64,000 nucleotides of DNA, from the IMG/VR virus record IMGVR_UViG_3300025782_000004. One strand, written 5' to 3'. The notes below the pieces were generated by a model. The model was not told the DNA's origin, ran no database searches, and worked only from the letters and a program-made list of their open reading frames with translations. Shown piece after piece: positions 55,150 to 63,421 of the stretch. Within the stretch, counting starts at the first letter, position 1, and every line of letters starts with the position of its first letter. This stretch comes from an uncultured virus (IMG/VR IMGVR_UViG_3300025782_000004). Lineage: Duplodnaviria; Heunggongvirae; Uroviricota; Caudoviricetes. The translations under genes and the position numbers were made by a program.

Positions 55150-56334
55150 TTAGAACTTATAGAATTCGTTAGCACCGGTACTTTGGTAATTTGCTGTGCC
55201 AATTTTATAAAATGGACTTAAAAACCCTACAAATCCCACAGGTTTTCCTAATTCCTTGTTGAAATATTTAAGGTCTATGTTATCAACTAAGAACGCAAGT
55301 CCTGCCTTCCATACATTGTATGCATGGGTATCTTGAAAGTTTGTATAGAACCAGTAGTCCATTTCGTTGTAAAAACTATTGGTAGGTTTGCTAGTCTGAA
55401 ATGTAGTATGATCGTAGTCAGGGTATATCAAGGGTTTAATAATTTGTTCAAATGTAGTGCGCTGACTAAAACTGTAATTTGGCCAACGTACTAGATGTTG
55501 AAGATATTGATTAGACTGTAAATTAAACCAATTTTTAATTAAATGTGCTTGTTTAGCCAGTAGCTCGGGCAGATCTGGACTCCAATAAAAATATTCATTG
55601 GTAACATTGGTATAATCTCCTACATTGGGATTGGCACTATTGGCCTGTATATCCATGAAATACAAATACCAATGGCCATCCTTGATACATATCTTGGGTT
55701 TATCAATGCCCCATAATAGACAAATACTTTTGCCTTGATTTAATGTTTCTTTGTGATCGTCTACAGCATCAACTGTAAATTTAAAAGGATGTCCGGGCTG
55801 GAAATAATCTCTAGTATCATACACCCAACTTTCATCGTGTTTACTATTGAGCATGTCAATGCTGTAATCATGTACTGTTATTTTTGTACTTGGACTGTGT
55901 ACAGCAATCCAGTCTAACAAGGGTTTGGCAGCATAGCGCCATTCGCTTAGTGTATTTTCGGGTTTGGTATTAAAGGGATCATCAGTGACATTCTTTTCAC
56001 CAGCCTTGGGATAACGAAATACAACTTCATCGAGATGTATGTTGTTCTTGATAAAACTATAAACTACAGTACTGCTATCACCACCGCCACTGACCTCGAG
56101 ACGGATATAATCGTAACGTTCTCTAATCTGTTGAGCACGTATTCGATATAATTCTTGTAGCGGGGTAGACGGTTCAACAAGCCAGTCGACCTGATCAAAC
56201 TCTTCTTTATTATAATTCCACTCAGGGAAGATATTTTGTTTAGTAGCTTCAATAAGTGCATCTACTTTATTAAAATATCTCTGTTCCCCTACTTGATAAA
56301 AACCTAACCTGGGATTTTGTTCACGTATAGCCAT
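55150..56334 (-). CDS. PP-loop (adenine nucleotide alpha hydrolase-like) protein
   Basis: SGGGDS PP-loop motif. Confidence 0.6.
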   Translation of the reverse strand: MAIREQNPRLGFYQVGEQRYFNKVDALIEATKQNIFPEWNYNKEEFDQVDWLVEPSTPLQELYRIRAQQIRERYDYIRLEVSGGGDSSTVVYSFIKNNIHLDEVVFRYPKAGEKNVTDDPFNTKPENTLSEWRYAAKPLLDWIAVHSPSTKITVHDYSIDMLNSKHDESWVYDTRDYFQPGHPFKFTVDAVDDHKETLNQGKSICLLWGIDKPKICIKDGHWYLYFMDIQANSANPNVGDYTNVTNEYFYWSPDLPELLAKQAHLIKNWFNLQSNQYLQHLVRWPNYSFSQRTTFEQIIKPLIYPDYDHTTFQTSKPTNSFYNEMDYWFYTNFQDTHAYNVWKAGLAFLVDNIDLKYFNKELGKPVGFVGFLSPFYKIGTANYQSTGANEFYKF

Positions 56335-57245
56335 TACTTGACTGATATCCCGTCGGTCATCTTTTTCCAGAAATACTTTGATTCGTTGTAGTATGCAACT
56401 GGATTTTCATTTAGCATTTCTCTTGTAGGACTACAAAAATCATCTGCTATAGCTTTTTTAACTAAAGGAGTTTTTGCGGCTTCCACTAATACTTTGCGCC
56501 AGGCTGAATATTTTTCTTCTGATACATTGGTAGGGACAATTAACTGTGCTGGACTTCCCATACGGGCCATAGCCGGCCCAAACCCTTGATCAAGCAGTAG
56601 TGGTTTGTTGTTGATAGAAACAGAACCACCTATGCCTAACACATACATGCGTGACTTGGTACTATTTTCTTTTTCGTACTGTGTGGTATCGCCAAGAAGG
56701 TTAACTGCAAAATCAGTTTGCCCACTCAGTGCAGACATAACTGCTTCACTGGTACTCTTAAATGCAAGAATATCTAAATTGGGATATCGTTTGGCAATTT
56801 GAATAGCAGTCAAGTGTGTAGTTGTGCCCATACCACTCATACCAATGGTCAATCTTTTGTCGGTGGGTACTTCTTTCCAGGACTTGTATTTGGATGAACT
56901 AATACCGAATGGTCCAAAACACACAGGCATAAGTTCTTGGAAGTTGTCTTGATTGTAACCTGACTCTGGATACAAGTTAGAACGAATAAAGAAAGCCGAA
57001 CTGGTTGCTAAAATAGTATTAGGGGTTTTTGCCACATGAGCTGCTGCAATAGCACCTCCAGCCCCAGGCTTGTAATCAACAATAAAGTTGTATTTTGACT
57101 GTAGCTTGTTAGCCGATTCGGCCAAAGCACGATAGTAGTTAGCGGCAGTATCGCCTGCGGTCCAAGAATAAATGATTGTTACGTTTTCAGCCGATGCCGC
57201 AGTCAGTGCAAAGGTAGATAGCAAAATTGCTATAATTTTTTTCAT
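56334..57245 (-). CDS. TctC/Bug-like periplasmic solute-binding protein
   Basis: Signal peptide; KPGAGGAIA, G.G...HL and G..D motifs. Confidence 0.8.
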   Translation of the reverse strand: MKKIIAILLSTFALTAASAENVTIIYSWTAGDTAANYYRALAESANKLQSKYNFIVDYKPGAGGAIAAAHVAKTPNTILATSSAFFIRSNLYPESGYNQDNFQELMPVCFGPFGISSSKYKSWKEVPTDKRLTIGMSGMGTTTHLTAIQIAKRYPNLDILAFKSTSEAVMSALSGQTDFAVNLLGDTTQYEKENSTKSRMYVLGIGGSVSINNKPLLLDQGFGPAMARMGSPAQLIVPTNVSEEKYSAWRKVLVEAAKTPLVKKAIADDFCSPTREMLNENPVAYYNESKYFWKKMTDGISVK

Positions 57246-57270
57246 AAAGATTCCTAATTTAGATTATGTA

Positions 57271-57313
57271 ATTGTATAAGAAATGTAAGTGTATGTCAAC
57301 CACACACTTACAT
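57271..57313 (-). terminator. Terminator hairpin overlapping a sigma70 promoter
   Basis: ATGTAAGTGT/ACACTTACAT 10-bp stem; TTGACA in the loop, N17, TACAAT. Confidence 0.65.
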
Positions 57314-57317
57314 CAAT

Positions 57318-57806
57318 TTAACTACGTTTGATTTGGTCAATCAAGCCTGGGGTAAAAGTCGGCTCAAACTTTTCATACACTGACTGGGTTTTGGCTTTCC
57401 AATCTGCTCGTTCTTCGGGGGTTAGGTCATGGATATTAACGCCCTCGGCTAATAAACGTTCGCGAGCTTCTTCACCATCGGCAATAGTTGCTTCGCGTTC
57501 TTTACGTCCGGCTTTGATAGCAGCATCTTTGATTACAGCACGTACTTCTGGGCTTAACTGTTGCCAAAAGTCATTACGCATAATCATAGTGGTTAAGAAT
57601 AAACTATGCTTGCTATCAATTACACTTTTAGTAACTTCGTTTTGTCCCAACGGGTAAACACGGCTGTATACACCTTCGCCTGCATCACAATCACCTGCTT
57701 TGATATGTTCAGCTAGGTCTTCGATTTCACAAACATAAGGTTCATCAACACCCAATGCTTTAAATGTTTCTTGTGCTACAGGATTACGGTTAGTTCTGAT
57801 CTTCAT
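57318..57806 (-). CDS. TRAP DctP-like binding protein, C-terminal half
   Basis: KIR......F.ALG, G..DA.E and W..LS......I..AA motifs. Confidence 0.75.
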   Translation of the reverse strand: MKIRTNRNPVAQETFKALGVDEPYVCEIEDLAEHIKAGDCDAGEGVYSRVYPLGQNEVTKSVIDSKHSLFLTTMIMRNDFWQQLSPEVRAVIKDAAIKAGRKEREATIADGEEARERLLAEGVNIHDLTPEERADWKAKTQSVYEKFEPTFTPGLIDQIKRS

Positions 57807-58269
57807 CAGTTAACCCTTTTAGTGTACTTACTTGTTTGTTGCTCAACACATTGCGGAAACCGCCCGAGTATGTAAATGCCATGCCACGTACATTTGATTT
57901 TTCTGTAATCTTGTCTAACAAGAATTCGCCAACTTCGCCTTCTAACACACGAGTAGCGTGATCATGATCTTCAAAAATAAATGGCATTTCTAATGCCAAC
58001 ATATCTTGTTCATACTTTTCAGCTAACCAAGTTGTGTACATTTGGCTCATTTCAATCTTACCTTGTTCCATTAGGTCAAGTAAGTCATGTTTAGTAACTA
58101 CAACACCATCATTATACTTTTGTGAATACTCAGCCAATGTCATAACTTCTACTTCAATCTTTTCAGCTGTTTGAGCGGCATTAACAAAGTCTTGGAAATC
58201 TTTGGCAGCACGCACAAATAGACTCAATGGTTCGTGAGCAATAACCCAACGAATTTTAGTTGTTTTCAT
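57790..58269 (-). CDS. TRAP DctP-like binding protein, N-terminal half
   Basis: G.IEM, LEMPFIFED.DHA.RVL.G.VG and GGFR motifs; start MKTTK with AAGGA SD; no signal peptide evident. Confidence 0.75.
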   Translation of the reverse strand: MKTTKIRWVIAHEPLSLFVRAAKDFQDFVNAAQTAEKIEVEVMTLAEYSQKYNDGVVVTKHDLLDLMEQGKIEMSQMYTTWLAEKYEQDMLALEMPFIFEDHDHATRVLEGEVGEFLLDKITEKSNVRGMAFTYSGGFRNVLSNKQVSTLKGLTDEDQN

Positions 58270-58279
58270 TTTTAATTCC

Positions 58280-58380
58280 TTTATGTATATGTATTTTGGC
58301 TGGCGTTCTACGTGTATCACAGTAGTAAAAGGGTACTTACCCCAGGCGTCTGACGTCAACAAGAGTGTCGGCGTTGCTAC
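58280..58380 (-). promoter_or_regulatory. Structured leader of the DctP genes
   Basis: Three hairpins and three ACGCC repeats downstream of TAAATA (58384-58389). Confidence 0.45.
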
Positions 58381-58398
58381 TATTATTTATCCGTGATT

Positions 58399-58758
58399 AA
58401 AATCTATTGTGGATATTGATCCGACTTGCAGTTAAGTCTCGAAGACTATGCCAAACAAAACAATGTCATTAGATTCGATGCGGCCTTTTGTCTAGGATCA
58501 ATCAACTTTGGATCTGTAGAAGATATCGAACATCAAATTGGTCTAGTGGTGCAATTACTAAAAACAAAAAATTCGAGAATTTATTGGCGTTGTAATCCCG
58601 GCCGTAAAGATCATAAAAATCCAGACTGTGAATCAATTGACTTTTATCCGTGGTCGTTTGACGATCACCATAGGCTCGCTGAAAAATTTGGTTTTACTGT
58701 TAATGAACTTGATTGGGACTCTAATAATAGGATTTATGCAGAATGGGTAAAGAAATAA
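58399..58758 (+). pseudogene. C-terminal fragment of a methyltransferase-like gene
   Basis: FDAAFCLGSINFG resembles a post-motif-II MTase segment; the IDP motif lies upstream in another frame; no SAM-binding motif I. Confidence 0.4.
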
Positions 58759-58877
58759 CAACTCAGCATAATATTTAATCCAAATGAGTTGTATATAAAC
58801 ACGCTGTTTATCATCAGGAAACCAGAGCCTAAATACTTGTGTAGGTAGCACGACACTACTACTTCAAGGAGACAAGA

Positions 58878-59645
58878 TTGTCTAGACGTCAAAAGAGAGC
58901 TTCCGCTCTATTAGTAAACGATAGCAGTATCAGCAGTTTCAGCAGTAACAATACAGTAAGAATGGACTTGTATCAAAAAAATTCAAAACCTCAACAACGT
59001 CCAATAACACTTCTACCAAAAAGCCTAACACAAGAAACATATATTGATCTATTAACTGATCCTAGCCGCCTGATAGTTTTTGCAACAGGTCCAGCAGGTA
59101 CCGGTAAAACTATGTTGGCCGTACTAGCAGCACTCAAGGCCTTTAGATCGGGTGCATGTGATCGCATTGTGGTTACCAGACCAGCGGTAGGTGTTGATGA
59201 CGAAGAGCATGGATTCTTACCTGGTGATTTGAATGAAAAGATGGCTCCGTGGACCCGTCCTATATTTGACATCATTGGAGAATACTATCGCCAAAGCGAA
59301 ATTGTACGTATGCTAGATGAACAACAGATTGAGATATCTCCCCTGGCATATATGAGAGGAAGAACATTTAAAAACTCGTGGATTATTGCAGACGAAATGC
59401 AAAACGCGACACCAAGTCAGATGAAAATGTTACTCACACGATTAGGCGAAGGCTCAAAGATGATTGTTACTGGCGATACACGTCAGGCAGATCGTAGCGA
59501 AGGCGAAAACGGATTATTGGATTTCCAAAATCTAGTAGAAAGCTATAAAAAGTGTAACTACGTTAGTGGTGTAGAATTTGAACACCGAGACATTCAACGC
59601 CATCCTGCGGTACTTGAAATACTTAAGATTTACGGGGAGGTTTGA
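58878..59645 (+). CDS. phoH: PhoH-family ATPase
   Basis: GPAGTGKT, GFLPG, YMRGRT, DEMQN, LTRLG, GD..Q.D and RH motifs. Confidence 0.93.
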   Translation: MSRRQKRASALLVNDSSISSFSSNNTVRMDLYQKNSKPQQRPITLLPKSLTQETYIDLLTDPSRLIVFATGPAGTGKTMLAVLAALKAFRSGACDRIVVTRPAVGVDDEEHGFLPGDLNEKMAPWTRPIFDIIGEYYRQSEIVRMLDEQQIEISPLAYMRGRTFKNSWIIADEMQNATPSQMKMLLTRLGEGSKMIVTGDTRQADRSEGENGLLDFQNLVESYKKCNYVSGVEFEHRDIQRHPAVLEILKIYGEV

Positions 59646-60226
59646 CCTACGATTATTTCGTAAACTTCCCGCCAGTTTTTAACTGTACGTACATGGTCAT
59701 GATAGTGATTCATATTATGACCATGTTCCATGAGTAAGCTATTAAGACCTAGGTCAGCACCTAGTTCAGCATTTTCAACTTTATCTTCAATCCACCAACA
59801 GCCTGTGTCCCTGTACTGGTATAGTGCAGAGTCTTTTGGTGCACCGGTATCTAAACAAATAATTTTTTGAAATACCGTCTTTCCAAACAACTTGCGTAGA
59901 TTCATTTCACGCAGTTTGACAGCATTAGGTTCTACGCTTACTGATGTGATACAATGGAATACATATCCATGCTCTTTGTGTAGTTTTTCAACATAGTGCA
60001 TACTATCACGCAGAGGCGGTAGGAATCCAATGGCAGCACTTTCATTAAACATTTTGATTAACTTAACAATCTGCGGTCTTGATATACCGTAACGCACACT
60101 CATGTCGTAGTTTAGTTCTCCACCTGGAATCAATTCAAAGCCGTGTTGCTCCATCCAAATTTCAAACGCATATTCCCAATTAAGCAGGACGCCGTCGGCA
60201 TCTACTAGTATAACTGATTCTTTCAT
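59630..60226 (-). CDS. HAD-superfamily phosphatase (nucleotidase-like)
   Basis: DADGVL, ITS, K and IED motifs. Confidence 0.8.
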   Translation of the reverse strand: MKESVILVDADGVLLNWEYAFEIWMEQHGFELIPGGELNYDMSVRYGISRPQIVKLIKMFNESAAIGFLPPLRDSMHYVEKLHKEHGYVFHCITSVSVEPNAVKLREMNLRKLFGKTVFQKIICLDTGAPKDSALYQYRDTGCWWIEDKVENAELGADLGLNSLLMEHGHNMNHYHDHVRTVKNWREVYEIIVGQTSP

Positions 60227-60882
60227 AGGACCTTTACATAGTTAAGCACAGTAACACGAGCATTATTTTTATACTCGTCCTCACGGTGATCTTTAATACG
60301 AGCTGATATCTTACCTACCTCACAGATCTTGTCTAAGCTACGAGCCCAGTAAAACAACAAATTACCTGCACCGTCATAGCCATATACTGCCCAGCAATCT
60401 AAACTTTTAATATAACGCTTTTCAAGCAAGGTAAAGTCAGTGGTGATTCGATCTCGAGTGTGGCCAACATAGCGACTGTGGTGTTCATAGCGAGCACTGA
60501 TTTCTCTGACATGATCTTTGCGTTGATAGTCGTCAGCTAATTTTGGTACCCAAGCAACAATACCAAAATCTCGTGTTGCAATAGTTTGATTAGAGATTAG
60601 ATCAACTGCTTGTCCTAAAAAACGATCTGGTGTGCCTTTGAGGCTTTGCATGATTACCGTTTGTTGCAGATATTGAACGATGCCTTCGGCTTCTTTGCGA
60701 TGAAAATCATTTACCACAAACGGAGCTCCGTTACCTTCCAAATAGTTGGTGATCAGCTGACGATTTGGATCCTGAACCAAATCTCCTCTAACGGGATTAC
60801 GCAGTATATTGCGACCATTTGACTCATAGGCTGCTATAGAAGCAGACAGTACGTCTAAGGTTGGGTAAGATTTTGTTTTCAT
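60223..60882 (-). CDS. Hypothetical early protein
   Basis: Directly after a sigma70 promoter; C-terminus may be OB-fold-like. Confidence 0.65.
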   Translation of the reverse strand: MKTKSYPTLDVLSASIAAYESNGRNILRNPVRGDLVQDPNRQLITNYLEGNGAPFVVNDFHRKEAEGIVQYLQQTVIMQSLKGTPDRFLGQAVDLISNQTIATRDFGIVAWVPKLADDYQRKDHVREISARYEHHSRYVGHTRDRITTDFTLLEKRYIKSLDCWAVYGYDGAGNLLFYWARSLDKICEVGKISARIKDHREDEYKNNARVTVLNYVKVL

Positions 60883-60887
60883 AATAC

Positions 60888-60916
60888 ATTATAGCATTTT
60901 GGCAATTTGGGGTCAA
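60888..60916 (-). promoter_or_regulatory. sigma70 promoter with extended -10
   Basis: TTGACC-N17-TATAAT with TGn. Confidence 0.8.
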
Positions 60917-60934
60917 CCACCCCATAAATACTAG

Positions 60935-61828
60935 ATGATTAATGTATATCAACGTGGTGGGCATACTATGGGAGATACCCTTATAGCTATGAGCCTTTTC
61001 AACAGTTTAAACCAACCAGTAAATTTAACCACTTCACCAGAATCCCTATACAATCGGTGGAAAGATATACTTAACATCAACGAACAAATTACAATAACTA
61101 TTGACAACTACTGCCCATTATATCAAAATCCACCTCACCCAAGATTTTTAGAAAGTTTTAAAGTCTTTAATCAATATATAAAGCCTGATTCGGTTCAGCT
61201 ATTTGGACAACAGTTTACTACAGGACGTCGTGGCAAACGTGGTGTTGCTGTGCTAATCAACAATGGTGACCAAATAAAAAATAGTGACTATTTTGAACTA
61301 GTAACTACTACTAGAGAATATCCTTATATTAAATTTCATCCTTGGGAATTATACGAAAAAATTTTATTATTAGTTCAAGCCGCAGGATACGATCCTTACA
61401 TCATCGACAATAAAAATACATCTGTTGAAAATAAAATTTTTATCCTTAACGAACTTTGCGATTTTGTAATTGGTTATGAGGGTGGCTTGTGTCACTTAGC
61501 ACATACTCTACGATTGCCGACTATAATATTGCCTTGGCGTACACGTTTGGATGAAATTAATGTTACAGATTTTTTGCATCTCGATAAACAAACATATTTT
61601 GTTCGAGACACTAGTGAAATTTTTGGATGGTCCCCCGAATACCTAACAAATTTAGTTGACGGGTTATACCATGAAGAGGGTTTTAATAATCAATGGATGA
61701 CGGTTGATTCATTTCCAGATTCTGGACCATTTATTGACTATTATTATACCGGGTCAAGCGACCAATTCAGACAACAGTATGAGTGGGTTATACAATACAT
61801 GGATAAAAAAACACTAGGCGGTTATTAG
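60935..61828 (+). CDS. GT9 (heptosyltransferase)-like protein
   Basis: MGD.L at the N-terminus; CDFVIGYEGG.CHLA..L..P motif. Confidence 0.6.
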   Translation: MINVYQRGGHTMGDTLIAMSLFNSLNQPVNLTTSPESLYNRWKDILNINEQITITIDNYCPLYQNPPHPRFLESFKVFNQYIKPDSVQLFGQQFTTGRRGKRGVAVLINNGDQIKNSDYFELVTTTREYPYIKFHPWELYEKILLLVQAAGYDPYIIDNKNTSVENKIFILNELCDFVIGYEGGLCHLAHTLRLPTIILPWRTRLDEINVTDFLHLDKQTYFVRDTSEIFGWSPEYLTNLVDGLYHEEGFNNQWMTVDSFPDSGPFIDYYYTGSSDQFRQQYEWVIQYMDKKTLGGY

Positions 61829-62067
61829 CCTTTGAGTTTGGTGTGTACGTATTGATGTAGGGTGTTTAAATAGGAGGTTTGATTGGCCAATTTAGACTCT
61901 ACGGCTTCTAAACGGCTACGCAACTGTTGATTTTCTGTTTGAAGTTGCTCTAGTGTTACTTTAGTGTCTTTAAGAACTTTTTCGTGACTCAAGAGATTGG
62001 GACGTGGCGGAGCATTGGGATCCACAGCCCTTTTCTTTTTAGTGCGATACATGTCAAACATACTCAT
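61825..62067 (-). CDS. Small coiled-coil protein
   Basis: Coupled ORF. Confidence 0.6.
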   Translation of the reverse strand: MSMFDMYRTKKKRAVDPNAPPRPNLLSHEKVLKDTKVTLEQLQTENQQLRSRLEAVESKLANQTSYLNTLHQYVHTKLKG

Positions 62068-62387
62068 ACGTAATATTTATCCTGCGGTAAACTAGGCCAT
62101 TTAACACATACTGTATCGGTGTCTTCAGTATAGTAACCTTCAGCCCAATCGCCAGGTTCTACTACGCAAACATCTCCTGTGCGATATTCTTCACCATTTA
62201 AGATCATGCACCCACGAGTGATCAACTGCATTTCAGTGACTATCTTGTGATAGTGTCGAGGATAGATTGTGCCTGCGGGGTTGGTTTGAAAACACACTTC
62301 ATAGTCCGGGGTGCGATGTAGAGCTTCGGGAAAGTCGCCTACAAACCAACCGCGAGCACCACTATCACTCAGCCGGTGTCGCTTCAA
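62064..62387 (-). CDS. Cupin-fold protein
   Basis: HYHK..TE...I..G motif; GWFVGDF. Confidence 0.7.
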   Translation of the reverse strand: MKRHRLSDSGARGWFVGDFPEALHRTPDYEVCFQTNPAGTIYPRHYHKIVTEMQLITRGCMILNGEEYRTGDVCVVEPGDWAEGYYTEDTDTVCVKWPSLPQDKYYV

Positions 62388-62739
62388 CTTTAACTTCCTC
62401 TGTGGCTTCTTCTTGGGGAATAAACTGCTCTAAGTACGCCATATCCAACTGCGCCATTGTTTGAATAACATACTGTGGATAACCTTCTAAGAAATACTTA
62501 AACAAGTCATCAAATGTTTTTTCTGTACCGAACTTGTTGTAAACAACTTTCTTTTCGTTGAGGTTTAGAATAACACCAGCGTATTGGCGGTCCTTGCTAC
62601 TCAAACCTTTGGTAAATTCGATACGTTCGTCGTACTGATAGTTATCAGGATTCTTGTTCCATCCTGCTACTTGTGTTTGTACTCCAGCACGTGGCTTTTG
62701 TACATAAAATGCGATAAGATGTATGTCTTTAATTTTCAT
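62365..62739 (-). CDS. Hypothetical phage protein
   Basis: AAGGA SD; coupled ORF. Confidence 0.7.
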   Translation of the reverse strand: MKIKDIHLIAFYVQKPRAGVQTQVAGWNKNPDNYQYDERIEFTKGLSSKDRQYAGVILNLNEKKVVYNKFGTEKTFDDLFKYFLEGYPQYVIQTMAQLDMAYLEQFIPQEEATEEVKVEATPAE

Positions 62740-63421
62740 AAATTTCCTTATATTTTTTAATTAAAAATTCTGAGTATGCTTTATTTCCTTCCGGACCGTG
62801 ATGCCCGTCCCATCCATATTGACTATAATCTGCTGGCCTGATGTTCAATTTTTGATTGTATGTACCGTAGGTATTGTCAAACAAATTGACGATTTCTTTG
62901 TGATTGCTAACTTCTAAATAAAAATCATTTACTAAAGGAAGTGGATTATGTTCTAATGGTTTAGAGCAAAAGTGAAACATAAATTTGCAGTTTGCATATT
63001 TAAAAAATCCATACAGGTTTAAAAGGTTAGAAAGAAATTGCGTTTCTTCAAATTCTCTACTGTAGGTTATGATGTTTTCTTTAGGTGAATCAATTCCAGA
63101 GTGTTTTTTACTTCTCACCCCACGTTCTTTTGGATTGGGATTTTTTTTGTCAGGTGCATTACCTGTTCTAAACTCCGAAGCAAAGAAATCACGGCGTTCA
63201 AGATGTGTAAATCCCAGCAGGAAAAAAACTTCTGTATTTTTATTTTCAATAGCAAATCGTGTGGCATTACGCATAATACCTTCGTTTGATTTTCCAATGT
63301 ATGCATAATTAACAACAGATGATGCATTTACATGGTCACCGAATAGAGACCAGTAACTGTCTTGAGCTTCTACATAATACCAAGGAGTAGTGTAACTGTC
63401 CCCGTCAACATACAGAATCAT
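62729..63421 (-). CDS. SGNH-hydrolase-like protein (paralog 4)
   Basis: LYVDGDSYT, G.SN..I.R and GHHGPEG motifs. Confidence 0.65.
   Translation of the reverse strand: MILYVDGDSYTTPWYYVEAQDSYWSLFGDHVNASSVVNYAYIGKSNEGIMRNATRFAIENKNTEVFFLLGFTHLERRDFFASEFRTGNAPDKKNPNPKERGVRSKKHSGIDSPKENIITYSREFEETQFLSNLLNLYGFFKYANCKFMFHFCSKPLEHNPLPLVNDFYLEVSNHKEIVNLFDNTYGTYNQKLNIRPADYSQYGWDGHHGPEGNKAYSEFLIKKYKEIYEN

Noticed and set aside
57800..57825. Programmed -1 frameshift at A-AAA-GGG joining the DctP halves
   Set aside because: The -1 frame hits TGA within a few codons; the downstream ORF is in the +1 frame with a TAA two codons before its ATG.
160..63327. Numerous short antisense or nested ORFs in the ORF track
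   Set aside because: They overlap well-supported genes, lack SD sequences and show no recognisable motifs.
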